64,000 nucleotides of DNA from Octopus sinensis (GCF_006345805.1 NC_043005.1:23498001-23562000); one strand, 5' to 3'; positions 23,778-37,559 are shown, counted from the stretch's first letter. Numbers and translations are program-made. The notes: generated by a model from the letters alone, not told the origin.

Positions 23778-24322
23778 AGCAAAACTTCCGCCCGTCCCCC
23801 ACCCAAACCACCCGTCTTTTGAAATTTTTTTTCGACACAACCCTACGGGGAATACGAATCTGCAGAAAAATTGGCAAAAATGGACATTTCTAAATTACCA
23901 CCCCATCCCCATTTCTTTCATTTTAAACCTTTTTCAGAATTTTTTTTGCAAAATATGCAGAAAAATACGGAGATTATGATTCTTAAAAAAATTTCCAATA
24001 ATTTTTGTAAAATTTTTTTTTTAAGAATTTTTTTTTTGTAAATATGCGGGAAAATACGGACAAAAAATTCAAAACATTTCTGTACTTACGGTTAGGGTTT
24101 TAGGGTTAGGGTTAGGGTTTTAGGGTTAGGTTTAGGGAAAAAGTTAAAATTGAAGAAGTTGGAAGGGTGGGGTGGAAAATTTCACAATGCCAATCTTTGG
24201 CAATTTTCTGGAACCTCCGTATCCGAAAACGAGGATTTTGGGCCAAAAAATTTTTTTAAATAAACAAATTTGGGAGAAAATGGAGGGGGTGGGGGGTGGG
24301 GAGGACGAGCAGAAGTCTTTCC
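23778..24322. mobile_element. 545-bp MITE with degenerate TIRs, 8-bp TSD TATGTTTG and internal (TTAGGG)-like array
   Basis: TSD at 23770-23777 and 24323-24330. TIRs agcaaaacttccgcccgtcc versus ggaaagacttctgctcgtcc. TTAGGG-like units at 24091-24137. Confidence 0.75.
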
Positions 24323-24344
24323 TATGTTTGTTGTATAGCATATT

Positions 24345-24660
24345 GTCAGCATGGCTCAATGGTTAGAGCATCGGATTTACAATCATGACGTAGTGAGTTC
24401 GATTCCCAGACCACACTGTGTGTTGTGTTCTTGAGCAAGACACTTAATTTTACATTGCTCCAGTTCACTCAGTTGTAGAAATGAGTTGTAACGTCACTGG
24501 TGCCAAGCTGTATCGTCCCCTTTGCCTTTCCCTTGGATAACATCAGTGACGTTGAGAGGGGAGGATGATATGCATGGGCGACTGCTGGGACTTGTGCTTC
24601 GGGGGATAACTTTCTAGGTGCAATCCCATGGTCATTTATGACCGAAGAGGTCTTAACCCA
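24345..24660 (+). mobile_element. tRNA-derived SINE with Pol III A/B boxes; related copies near 58000-58310 and 61960-62030
   Basis: tggctcaatggt A-box and gagttcgattcc B-box, followed by a SINE body with cttgagcaagacact. Confidence 0.75.
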
Positions 24661-25492
24661 CTACCCTAATTTAACTGACAAACGCAGATCATCTACAAAA
24701 TAAATGCCAGATCGAAAATTTGTGTGATCGATACGAACAGGCTGTATGGAATCACCCTTATTCACCCGTGGGAATTAATCAGAAACATTATGCCATTTTG
24801 TTAGAATGCAAAAATCACCAATCTGAGACAGAGGACATTTTCAAAATAATCTTGAAAAGTCAACCAAAGTTGAAGGTGTCATTTATTTTCAGGGCTCTAC
24901 TAACCATCATTAAGATCCTTCTATTTATGGAGGCTGCAAAAATATATGAGAAACATTTCCCTGTTAGTCATGTTTTCTTTCTCCATTTTTCCTTTTCCTT
25001 TCTTATTTTGTGTGTGTGCTTTTATTTAGTTCATTGCTTTGTATAACTAAATAAATAAAAACCCTTTTTCCTTTTATCCCCAGAGAGAAACATTTCATGT
25101 TATGGAATTTGAGATTAAAAGATTTCCAGGAGTTTCATAACGTGAGGGCGGTCCATAGTGTGAAGACAAGTCATGTCATTGTTTACTTTTTAGCAGACGA
25201 TACGGGGCCGACGTTAAAAACAGAATTCTTGATACAATCGCCAACCATCAAGAGTAAATGTGTTAATGTAAAAACAAAACAAACGAATATGAAAACAAAA
25301 ATTTGTGCAAACATGCATATACATACCTTCGTGTTTGTTGGTAATTATTTGAAGGTATAACTTACTCTCTCGAATCATTTGTTTGCATATTTGTTTAGTA
25401 CATGTTTTTTTTTTACACTGATATCACTTTGAAAAAATAAGCAATCAGGCATAGGGGTGGCTGTGTGGTAAGAAGCTTGGCACCAGTGACGT

Positions 25493-25555
<63 letters not shown>

Positions 25556-25572
<17 letters not shown>

Positions 25573-25941
25573 GGCAGTTTGTCTGTGCGTGTTTCTGCGT
25601 GTCTGTTTGCTTGTACCCTCACCCTGACCACGGCTTTCAACCGATTCTGATGAAACTTGACACACACATAGCCCAATGTCATAATTCAAAACTAACGCAG
25701 CGAAAATTTTGAAAAGTTCCCCCAGTTCTGAAAAAAATCGATAAATTCGACATGGGGTCGAGAATCAGAAATACGAACCACAAACTGTCTAGGGGACGCA
25801 ACTCCACTTTTTTTAAATCTCAAAAAAAAATTTACCATCATTTTTTTCCATTTTTTTTTCTACTTTTTGGCTATAACTCTCTAAAATGCTTTATAGTTAT
25901 TTCCCTTACAAACCTGAGCAACACCGGGCGATACTGCTAGT
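25556..25941 (+). mobile_element. Non-autonomous Helentron/DINE-1-like element
   Basis: (TA)n 5' end, (TGTC)-like repeats, aaccgattctgatgaaactt block, and 3' end gagcaacaccgggcgatactgCTAGT. Confidence 0.6.
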
Positions 25942-26073
25942 ATATATATATATATGTAGCGAATCTTGCATGCATGAAGTGGATTCGATCCATCACAGCC
26001 AAATTTAAACTAACACTGCGACAGAACTTTTTCCACGGTGGAACAATGGTTTTTCTCTGACAGCAGTCTTTAC

Positions 26074-26861
26074 GGATCTTTTCCTTTTGAACGGCACATG
26101 TCAACACAATTTTTAGTTAACTAAACACTTTAAAACTTCGTATACTGGTAGAATGTGTCAAAACATAACATATTTTTCTCTTGGCTCTCTTGAGAAAATT
26201 GTAATTTGTTTGTTTAACGTAGTTTAATTTTTCGAATTTTAACCAATGAATCGCCTCTAGTGAGCTAAAATCATCTGCTGCGTCTAAAACTGGGACAACA
26301 TCCTGTCACTAACCCTAAACCTCACCCTAACCCTAATTTTTTTTTCTTAATTGTTACGCGTATAAAAATAAAAAACGAAAGGCTAAAACGAAAGCAATGG
26401 AAAATAATTTAAACAATTAACAAAAAAAATAATTCTATAATTTTATACACACGCTTTCCGTACGTATACGGAAAGCGTGTGAATAAAATAATAGAATTAT
26501 TTTGTTTGTTGATTGTTTAAATTATTTTCCATTGCTTTCGTTTTTTTTTCTTAATTGTTATCCTTAAATTAATTTAACAATTAAGAAAAAAAAAACGAAA
26601 GGCAAAAATTTAGGGTGAGGGTGAGGGTAAGGGTGTTGTCTCAGTTTTAGACGCAGCAAATGATTTTAGCTCAATTAGAGGCGATTCATTGGTTAAAATT
26701 CGAAAAATTAGACTACGTTAAACAAACGAATTACAATTTTCTCAAGAAAGCCAAGAGAAAAAAATGTTTTATTTTGACACATTCTACCAGTATACGAAGT
26801 TTTAAAGTGTTTAGTTAACTAGAAATTGTGTTGACATGTGCCGTTCAAAAGGAAAAGATCC
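26074..26861. mobile_element. 788-bp foldback (whole-element palindrome), GGATC...GATCC termini
   Basis: Arms match end to end. Centre acacgctttccgta-cgta-tacggaaagcgtgt. No clean TSD seen. Confidence 0.9.
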
Positions 26862-28844
26862 CTTTTAGCTTTCACTTGTTTACCGGCACATTGCGATCAA
26901 TCTGATCACCGACACACAGCTATTTCATATTAAGCATCGCATCAAATCTAATGGAAAAACTATGTCCGAGCAGTTAACGATGTTGCTGCTTGAGCACTTT
27001 ACCTAATTTAGTCTTTTGTCAAGTATAACAAAACATGACAATAAACAATAGATGTCGCAAGCTTTAATGTTTTTGTTTTACAACAGATAGCAAGAACCTA
27101 ATAGAGATTTGTATTTGTCAACTTTTACTGGCAAATACTGCAACATTTACGGCTGAACGGATGTGTTTAGCAAAACGATTAACGAATAAGAGAAATAAAA
27201 TTCTTTGGCTAAACTTTAGTTACAAATAACCAACAAAATAAATCTGACTGAAGTTGTTGCGAATAAACGAAAGAATTTCAGCATATTCCGACTGATAAGT
27301 TAAATAATAAAGCTTTATAATTATGACTGTTTTTCTCTCTTGAATGGCATCCAATAGCCTATAATTGAATGATCCCTACAAATTTTAATCAAAACTTTCC
27401 AAATCTCTGAGGCGTGAAATAATACAGATGACGGTAGCAGAGAAATGAATTATATTTCTGTGCTTCAAGTTCTTGTTGATGTCATTCGTCAGTAATCGCT
27501 ATTTTGACTGCTTGACTGGCAGATACGTTAGTATATTACATCACCGTATCTAGTTATAACACTACGTTCCGAGTTCAAATCCCGCAGAGGAGGATATAGT
27601 TGATTAACTCAGTACTTGTCTGGTACTTTGTTTTACCGGCCTCAGAATTAGACACAAGGCTACAAACTTTTGGGAAGGATATTGTCAATGAAATCCAATC
27701 TGCTTGATTGTAGGTACAACCGAAAGGGAATATCACTGTATAATCAAATATCAGTTATGGGAGCCATAATAATACTGATTTCTAACATTGGCACAGGACC
27801 ACACATTTAAAGGACGGGTGTAAGCTATTAAATCGATCTAGTATTTGATGGATGTTTTATTTTGCCTTGTCTTGTGCTCTCAACTTGTTGGAGTCGTCGG
27901 AACGCTGTTTTAATATACGGCGTGACTGAGCATTTTTAGACCTGACGGGAACAATCCCACTCCAGATCTGAGCAGCCGATTTCTTCTAGAAAGAGAGAAA
28001 TGCAGACAGAAAGAATGAAAAAATAAGAGTACAGGAATGTTACTCCATTTTATCGATCTCTGGGAGATGAGAAGCAAAGTCAATTTCAGCGGGATCAGAA
28101 CGAAAAATGACGTAATATCTACTACATAATATTATAATAATAATAATATTAATAATGATTTATTATTAATCCTTGAGAATAAATAAGACGTTATAAAATA
28201 TAAAGCAAACTTGAACCCCCACCTCCAGAAAAGTTAAAATATTTATTAACTCAAGAAAATAATAAATAGTATTCATTTCTTTAATATTGGCAAAAAGCCA
28301 AAGGTTTGGGGGCAATAGGGTCGATTTAATCGACCTCTATTTGTTTGGTATACCGACGCTGACAATGAATAATATTAAAAAACAAAAACAACAACCATAA
28401 TAACAATTATGATAGTAATAGATTTTATAGCATAAGTACATGCTCCAGAATTTAAGGAAAGATGTTAATCGATTACATCGACACCAGTTCTTGACTAGTA
28501 CTTTATTTTTACCGACCCTGAAAGATAAAAGGTAAAATTGGCCTCGGCGAGATTTGAACTCGGGACGTAAAGAGCCGAAGCAACAATTTTAATAATTATA
28601 ATAATTTTTAATATTATGTAAGAAATTATTGTTATATTTTAGAAATCCTTCTTTTCTTCAACATAATTATTATGGTGATTATTATTATTATCGTTATCAA
28701 TATCGAAAAAATGAAACTGCAAATAGTTATTCGTAATAATCCGGTGATTGTCGGTAGAGAGAGAGCTAGAGGCGTCTTGTAATTTGCATAGAGTCCCCGA
28801 TTCTATGGGAAGACGTTGATAATGGTTCAGAAGCTTCTTTCGAA

Positions 28845-28975
28845 ATGGAGGAAACGAAGTGTGTGTCATATAGAATGATGATACCAAATGGAATTTTACT
28901 CAACACCTGTTACAATTCTTTCCCAGTCATTGACAATCCACCCAAAAATGAGCTCATTTTACCCAAAGAGACAGG
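28845..28975 (+). CDS. ZGLP1: ZGLP1-like exon 1 (MEETKCVSYRMM...LILPKETG)
   Basis: gaaATGG start with an in-frame stop upstream. Donor GG|gtatgt, phase 2, matches the next acceptor. No sequence homology recognised, so support is phase and splice sites only. Confidence 0.55.
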
Positions 28976-31121
28976 GTATGTATGTGTATATATATATATA
29001 TAATATGTTATTGTTTAGTCTCAATGTCTTTTGATATCTGATCGAGATCTATGATCAAAAGGTTCCCAGCCATGATCATCACCTCTTTTTGTAGGCCAGT
29101 ATTATTTATCTAGGATGTATTATGTCTTCTTTTCAAGAGGTTAGGGGGTATGATTTGATGGAGAGCTTTCTGCATTGAATTTCCCTCTTTGATCTTGTGT
29201 GTTTGTGGATATACAGATGTGTATAAAAATGTTTATGTAGATGTGTGTAAAGATGTATGTTTAGGTGTGTTAAACACGATTACACGGAGGTTTGCAAATG
29301 TATATAAATGTGTAGATGTGTGAATATGTAGATTAATTAAAAACTACAAAATGATCGCGATTTATTTGACATCCTTTTAGAACTCAAGCATTCATATCTT
29401 AAGATCACCAGAAGGGTTTTAACATATTTATTGACTGAGATATGTTGTAATGTAAGAATTATGGTGAGCTATTGTTCTTTCTCCAAGAAACCTAGTTCAG
29501 CTTAAACGAAGCATCAGTCATTGAGCTAATGTTTTCTTCTCACCACCACATTTTTATATATATAACATATAAACATGTTCATCTTTTAGAACATTGCCAT
29601 AAGATTTTGCTGGCAAATTTTTAAATTAACATAAACATTTATTTGCATGAAAGAAAATTACTAGAGAACTTTCTAATTCTTCCAAATCTCTCTGTTAAAA
29701 CTATTGAAACCATTTGTGGGAAATATATTCTGTATTGTAATTACACTGAATTAGCAAGTTGTGCGACGAAATTTTTGACATTTCCTGAAATAAATTTAAA
29801 GTTAATTTAACAGCTTTGTATGTTATTAAATGACTATCCCCACGGCTTAGCTGCAAATATAAATGGACAATGGCAATAAAAATTGTTCAAAAAGGTACAC
29901 ACATTCCCTAAATTAATCAATATAAGGCATACTACCATTTCTCTCAAAAGCGTTACGAATTAATCATATATATTCCTTTATTAATTAAGATGGATGGCTC
30001 TGACGCAACTTAAATTCTGAACCCGAGAGGTTGCTATATATTACTGTCTTTTCAACAAGTGTATTCTGGGTTGTGCATTTGTAACTGTCTGTAATTTATG
30101 TATTTATAGGGGGACCCGTTTTTTACCTTTTTGTTACCTGCAAAGAAAAAGGGTTTGTTATTAATGATGTTACTGTTTGTAATTTTGCGAGAAACTTTTT
30201 GACGTACCGCCCACCCATTTGTGTGTGTAATTTAATTCTATTAAGGTTTCGTTTCCGATTTATTGATATTTTTGACTATCTTTGTTGAAGCGAGTGCAAG
30301 TTGAAATAAATTTCAGTCTATGAAAAAAGTTATGATTAGTTTAAACAAATGTCAAGTCAACAAATATAGCGTAAATTAAATTCTGCTTCGTCAGTTTCAA
30401 AACCATAGAACTTTTTTTTTTTTTTCCAAAGAAACGATTTTCTCAGAAGATCAAGTCTTGTCGACTTCAGACTTTTGATATTTTGCCAATGAAAGCATTT
30501 GAGAGAATTAACGTACCTAATTGTCCAGAATTACGAGTCAACAATGTTCAAGAACTACCTATAAAATAATTAATAATAAAAGTTTCTAACATTGAGAGGC
30601 CAAGGATTTTAGGGGAAGTGTGTAAGCAAATTACATCAACCTTCATTCAGTATTTGTTTGCTTTGTCGACATAAGCATTATATGAAAGATAAACATAAGT
30701 TAATGACATTCATAATATATATAACTTAATATTTTATCTAGACAACTCATTCTTTTATGTTCACTTCCACTCGTGCTTTTTTTCTGTTCGCCATTTATTC
30801 ACAAGACTGGAGTAAAATCCTACGAAGTACTTTATATAACATCTATTAAGGTCTTGGTAATTGTGAATTCATGCGAAAAGAAAGTTTAAGAAACACACAG
30901 ACTGAGTATTGAAAGTAAAGAATCAACATTTTTTTTAAAGTAATTAAATTAATTATTTGGCTGGGAAATTAATCGAAAATCATTTCTATTAATTTCCTGA
31001 TTTCTGCAACTGAAATTCTTTCTTAAACTGAGGTTTCTCTAATAAATAACATTGTTTCACTTCCATAAATATTTCTCCCTGACACAATAACACCATATGG
31101 CTTCTTTCCATTCTTTTGTAG

Positions 31122-31454
31122 AATTTCAACGCATCTATTTTCCGACCGCTTTTCGTATGCCAAGCGATTAAAGGAGGCGAAAGGCATACCACGACCTTCT
31201 CAGGACCGTTTGGAGGAACAACGGGCTTCCCCTTTGTTGTTCACAAGTCCCACCTTCAACCTTCCTTCTTCCCCGACTTCGATCTATTCTTCACCTTCTC
31301 CTCCAACATCAGATGTTAAAGTGAACCGGAGGAAGTCATCTGTTCCCTACAAAAGTCCAGTGAGGTTTGATCCAAGTTTTCGTGGAATATTATTTACGTT
31401 TCATATTAAACTAGTAAATAACGAAAGCCAGTTAATCATTAAAACATTGTTCAA
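31122..31454 (+). CDS. ZGLP1: ZGLP1-like exon 2, with conserved RK..P.K...R.DP.F.G..F.F.I motif
   Basis: Acceptor cttctttccattcttttgtag and donor AA|gtaagt. 333 nt open. RRKSSVPYKSPVRFDPSFRGILFTFHIK resembles the ZGLP1 central motif. Confidence 0.82.
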
Positions 31455-32234
31455 GTAAGTTTAATTCATTATACTTTTTCCTTCTGTTTATTAAGTAATC
31501 AACAATAGTGGGATTGAATTAAAATCATTACAGCTAAATTCCTTTCTTGTTTCGCTAGTCTTTGAGAGTCTAACTTCTTACCATATTGTCATAATGGCTC
31601 CATGTGGCCAATTACCGCAGGAATATAACTGTTTTTTTTTTTTCGAATAAAATGTAGCTTGTCTGTTTTTTCTTCGTTCTATGTACGTTTTCTTATTCAA
31701 TATTTTTTTTTGTAATGGTATAAGGCATGGACTGGCAGAATCGTTAGCACTTCCGGACCACTAGTATCGGCCATGACTAATATTCTCAATAATTTACTGG
31801 AATTTGCTCCGTCTGTAATCTGATTGCAGCCATTTTATTTTAGTTCAGCCTCTAATCTAATATTAAGGCAAATCATCAATATAGCTTTTATAATATTGAG
31901 ATTTTGCTACGTCTAACAAATCAATATGTAAAAATGGATACAAATGTTTTTTTTTTTACTCTCTTTGAACATTATATAGTTTAATAGACACATTAACGTT
32001 GCCACACACACACAGAGGTTCAGTTCTAAGACTGGCTTCTGCATTATGTCCTAGAACAAGGTGCTTCAGGCTACTTTACTCAAAATGGATACCAGTCTAC
32101 TAATGGTACAGCCCTTTCTTCCTCCTGTTTCATGGCCTTGCTGGGTCAAGACAGCATCTTTGTCTAGCTTTATCTTCCAGTCTGCTTTAATATTACACCA
32201 GATTTATTTCCAATATTCTGCTGATCCCAAACTC

Positions 32235-33006
32235 GGATCTTTTCCTTTTGAACGGCACTTTGTAACATAATTTCTAGGTAACTAAAAAGTTTTAAACTTC
32301 GTATACTGGTAGAATGTGTTTATAAAACATCATTTTCTCTTGGCTTTATTGAGAAAATTCTATAGGTTGTAACATATTTCGGCAATTTTAACCAATTAAT
32401 TACCTCCATTGACGTAAATAACATTCTGTGCATAATGGGTATGTCCCTCCTTTAAGAAACAGATTGGGTTTATTTACATTTGTGAAGAAAAAAAGATACC
32501 TTTCCCCAACCCCTAACCCTAACTAACCCTAAATCGAAAATAGATTGAAATGCAATAGATCGATATTAGGGCCATAATTATGGGTGACATTTTCATTTGA
32601 CACCGCTAGAAAAAAATCCCATTTTCCGTAGCGGTGACATATGAAGTTGTCACCCATAATTATAACCCTAGTATCAATCTATTGCATTTCAATCTATTTT
32701 AGATTTAGGGGTGGGGGAAGGGTATCTTTTTTCTTCACAAATGTAAATAAACCCAATCTGTTGCTTAAAGGAGGGACATATTCATTATTCACAGAATGTT
32801 ATTTATGTCAATGAAGGTAATTGATTAGTTAAAATTGCCGAAATGCAAGAAATTTTAGACGAAATATGTTACAACCTATAGAATTTTCTCAATAAAGCCA
32901 AGAGAAAATGATGTTTTATAAACACATTCTACCAGTATACGAAGTTTAAAACTTTTTAGTTACCTAGAAATTATGTTACAAAGTGCCGTTCAAAAGGAAA
33001 AGATTC
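32235..33006. mobile_element. 772-bp foldback element, 8-bp TSD CCAAACTC
   Basis: Same ggatcttttccttttgaacggcac terminus as 26074. TSD on both sides. Confidence 0.9.
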
Positions 33007-33149
33007 CCAAACTCTATTAATATCATTTTCTGTCATTGTCTCCTTTTCCTCCCACTCCTCTTCCCTCACAAACTACTGATTTGGTATATCAATTGCACCT
33101 CTTTTAGTCTAATAATAGTAGTCTGTCCTTATATATATATATAGATACC

Positions 33150-34955
33150 TGCTATGAGGCTGAAAAGTACTTGTGGAATCCAAATGAAGATTCTTCCATT
33201 GGTCTTTCAGGGCTTGGATCCAATTAGTAAAGAAGTTGGATCTTTACCTTTTGACCGACAGATTTAAAAAATAATTTTTTGTAACTAAACACTTTCAAAC
33301 TATGGACGCTGGTAGAATGTGTCATATAAAACATTTTTTACTCTTAGCGTTTTTGAGAAAAGCTTATATTTAGGAAGTTATTTCATGTTAAAGTTGTCAT
33401 ATTTTATTAATTTCAACCAATCAATGACGTGTATTCAGCTGAATAAAATTACTGCTGTTGTTTGTCAACAAGAACTTATGGCAGTGTATATTTTGTTAGA
33501 CACTGTTATTTATGACAACCCTAACCCCTTAAAGCTAAAACCAGTACAAGTGCACGAATGATGTCATAAATAACAGTGACCAACGAAAAATACACTGCCG
33601 ATAGTTGTTGACAAACAACGGCAGTAATTTTATTCAGCTGAATACACATCATTGAATGGTTGAAATTACCGAAATATGACTACTTTAATGTGAAATAACT
33701 TCCTAAATATAAGCTTTTCTCAAAAATGCTAAGAGTAAAAGATGTTTAATATGACACATTCTACCAGTGTTGGAAGTTTGAAAGTCTTTAGTTACAAAAA
33801 ATTATTAAAAAAATCTGTTGGTCAAAAGGTAAAGATCCAAGAAGTTTCCATCCTGCTGGTAAAAACGTCATCAACAGCAGATATGATGCCATCAGCATTG
33901 TGATACTGGTTCCTAACCAAGAGTTTTTTTCATGTTGGAGAACAGACGATAGTCCAATGGGGCCAGATCAGGAGGATAAGGAGCGTGATCAACTAACTAG
34001 TTGAAAGCCACAGTCAAGCACAGCAGCCATTGAAAACAAAGACTTGTGTGCTTGTGCATTGTCCAGATGAAACAAAACCCCTTTCATAAGTTTCCCTGGG
34101 CATATGGTTTTGATAACCTTTTGTAACTGCCTCACCAAGTTGGCACAGTACCCTCCATTAATGGTATGGCCCTTTTGGAGATAGTCAATAAACACAATGC
34201 CTTTTGCATCTTAATAAACTGACGCCATTGCATTCCCTTTAGATGAAACAACCATGGCCTTCTTTGGAACAGGTGAGGACGAGTGTTTCCACTGGATGGA
34301 TTGTCTCTTTGTTTCTGGTTCACACTCATCCTGAGTTAGGAAACGTTCAAGAATATCAGCTAGATCTGCCTCCAACAATGTCAGGTTTTCCGGTGATCAG
34401 GTGTCAGAAGACATGGCATCCACTGAGCAGAAAGCTTCATCATGCCAAGTTAGTTCATTGTGAAGAATATTCTCAACTCCCCCATGAAATATGTTGATAG
34501 CATTGACTATTTGATTTATAGTTAATTGCCTGTCATTCATCACCATGTGGTGAACACGATCAATGTTTTCCTTGGTGGTGACAGTTGCAGGACATCCAGA
34601 CCTTGGGTCATCTTCAAGCCTCATCCTTCTCCTCCTAAATTCAGTTACCCACTTTTGCACTGTTGCTAAACCTGGAGCATCTTCCTCTAATGTAGCAACC
34701 ATGTCACATGAATGTCATTGGGGGTTAAACCTTTTTTCTGCAAGTACTTGATAACAACATGATGCCAAATTTTGTCTATTTTCAAGAAAAGTTACTGCTA
34801 GTTACTTTTGAAGTCTATGAAGAGTGAGTGTCAGTTTGTTTGGAATAAAACAATGTAGTTATTAATAAAAATAGTTGAAATTAATGCCCGTAAGATTTCA
34901 CAGCTTCAGCATCACTTCTTCATAGTTGGCCTATGAACTTTTGAACCCAACCTTG
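33150..34955 (-). mobile_element. Degenerate mariner (irritans/Hsmar2-like) transposase, interrupted by the 33238-33838 foldback
   Basis: DAPGLATVQKWVTEF...LEDDPRSG, LFHLDNA..H, and a TIR-like end followed by TA at 34956. C-terminal FF.N.IQAL resumes left of the foldback. Confidence 0.8.
33238..33838. mobile_element. 601-bp foldback element, 8-bp TSD AAGAAGTT, inserted into a mariner
   Basis: ggatctttaccttttgacc...ggtcaaaaggtaaagatcc, with an approximately 50-bp spacer. Confidence 0.9.
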
Positions 34956-35234
34956 TATTTCAAGTGACAGGGATTTCTTTACTTGCTTAACCTGTCTATA
35001 TAACACTGTCTTAAATTTTACATATTTTTTTTTCTACATTCACTATAAGTAACATTGTTTTCTGTAGTCTTTCACACTTCAAAAAGTTCTCACCTGTGCT
35101 ACTCTTTGTTCTTCATTCTATTATTTGAAAATTTCCAAAACAAGTAAATTTACCTTCTCTCTTCTTCAAACTGCTTTCTAACCACAGATCTTCATGTGTT
35201 CATTTCAATTTCATAGATACATTAGCAGTTTCAT

Positions 35235-36092
35235 TTATCTCTGCCTATGCTCTTCAGTCAGGGCTGACTGATGAGTAGAAGGACCAATTCTACGAGGTCC
35301 TCTTGCAGACTACCTCGACGACAAATGACAGAGACTTTGTTATAGTGGCTGGTGACTTGTTGGATAGCATCCCCATGGATTCCAGGGAGTGCATGGGGGT
35401 TATGGCTTTGAACCTAGAAATGAGGAGGGAACAAGACTGCTGGAGTTCTGTGATACAAATGATCTCATGATACAAATGATCTCTGCAACACTAATTTCAG
35501 AAAACCAGCCAGCCAGCCATGTATCAGTCAGGTGGGCACATAAGCCAGATTAACTACTTCTTCACCAAACAATGAGATAGATGGATGCTGAAAAATACAA
35601 AGTCTTTCCCAGGTGAAGAGTGTACAACCCAGCATAGGTTGCTAGTTAGTGATTTCAGAATTAGAACTAGAAAGACTCGGAGAAATAAATCAATCTGGAA
35701 AAGAAGACTATAGAAGCTCAAAGACCCACAAACAGACAAAAATTTAGAGATTTCCTAATGGAAGCTTCTGACGAAAGAGAGGAAGAGTTGGCGACACATA
35801 ACTTAGAGGACAGTTGGAAGTTCCTGTGGGACAATCTTCTGAGGGCTACAGATGAAATCTGTGGTTGGTACAGAGTCCCAGCTAGACCAAGAGTGACATG
35901 GTGGTGGAACAAGGACGTAGACAGTGCTATAAAGCAAAGAGACAGGTCTGGAAAGACTGGAAAAATGGTGGAAGCAGAGAATTATATCAGGTAGTCAAAA
36001 GGGCAGCTAGGTGTCAGGTTTACGTAGCAAAAGGAATAGCTGAAGGTAAGAGATTTGCCAATGTTCTACAGCATGAGGATCAGAGGTGTGAG
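35235..36092 (+). mobile_element. RTE LINE fragment (APE to linker), same family as 11652-13700
   Basis: QTTSTTND, VAGDL, QHRLLVSDF, RPRVTWWWN. Confidence 0.85.
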
Positions 36093-37559
36093 GTGACACA
36101 CTATAGCATTGCTATCTGCTAGCCCCTGGCCTGTGTGTTCCATCCACATGTAACAAGACTTTTCACACATCCTACCCCAACAAACCAATCTACACTTCTA
36201 TTCTTCACATTTCTTCCTTCATGCACTATGCCTATCTCTCACTCCCCAATCCTGTCCTCACAGCCTTGTTTCTCTGTATCATTGCTATCCAGTAGCCCCA
36301 CTACTCTATATATACCCAGGTTTCACCACTAACCCCTCTCCTTCTGCACTTGCCAATCACACTTTTTTCACAATATCCTGCCACTTCAAACCTCAAGGTT
36401 ATGTCCTGGCACTTGCCACCATCTATATCTCTCTCTGCCTTTGCTCAACCATCCCATTTATATTCTGATCCCCATCCCTTTTGCCACCAGCTCTATCCTG
36501 CTGTCTCCCACTCTCTCTCTCTCCTTCTCCTGCACTTCCCTCAGGTCGGGCAACCATGTATCTCCTTTGCGGCAGCACACCTGTTTCTGTCTTCATTCCT
36601 GATCTCTCTCTGGCCAGGTGACCTTGTACCTCCTCTATAGCAAGACACCTATTTCTGTCTCTCTTACTATAACCTTTTGTCATCTGACACAAGATCACCT
36701 CCTCCAATGCCCCCTCCCTCCTCAAAAGAATTTTGTCTTGCAAGGTACTTGGTAACCCTGTCAATGCAGGTGCCACTTAAAAAGCATCCAGTCCACACTG
36801 TAAAGTGGTTGGTGTTTGGAAGGACATCCAGCTGTAAAAACCTTGCCAAAATTGATCTCGTCTGTTGTGCCACATAAAAAGCACTCAGTCCATTCTGCTG
36901 GGTAGTTTGTGTTAGGAAGGGCATCCAGCTGTAAAAATCGTGTTAAAGCAGTCAAAGAAGTCTGGTGCAGGCTTCTGCTGGCTGGCTCCTGTCAAACTGT
37001 CCCACCTCTGCCAACATGGAAGATATACCTTAAATGATGATGACGATGATAAAATCTCTTTATCTTCTGTATATGTACAAAACCTCTGTGTTCAGACAGC
37101 CTACCCCTTTCTTTGTTATATATATCAATAGAACCCCAAAACTTTTTCACTTGAAAACCTCATTTAAAGAAAACATATGGCCAAATGTAATTAATCACCT
37201 TTTTATTTTAATGAAATGCATAATAATATGCATAAATTTTTTTTTTATTGATTTGGTGGGATACTGGTAAGATTGAACTCTTAATCTTTTGCTTGTCCTG
37301 TGTCATTTATGACACACAGGTCATATTTCCCTGGCATCCCTACATCATATGATAAACATTGTAGATGGTATACAATTTTTTTCAACCACCAGATTAGGTG
37401 CACTCTATACAGCAATTTCAGTATATATATATTAAAGGAAAGTTTTATATTGCTCAGAATGTATGAAAGACAGACTAACTGAAAGTCTGAAAATAAACAG
37501 ACATTTAGGAAAAACTTACTAAAATGATTTGTAGAGGCAAAGGATTTAACACTCAGTGT

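Noticed and set aside
24091-24137. Chromosome-end telomere
   Set aside because: Short, degenerate and internal to a TSD-flanked MITE.
24345-24420. tRNA gene (also 63345-63410)
   Set aside because: A/B boxes only. No complete cloverleaf acceptor stem, and the sequence continues into a repeat body, so these are SINE heads.
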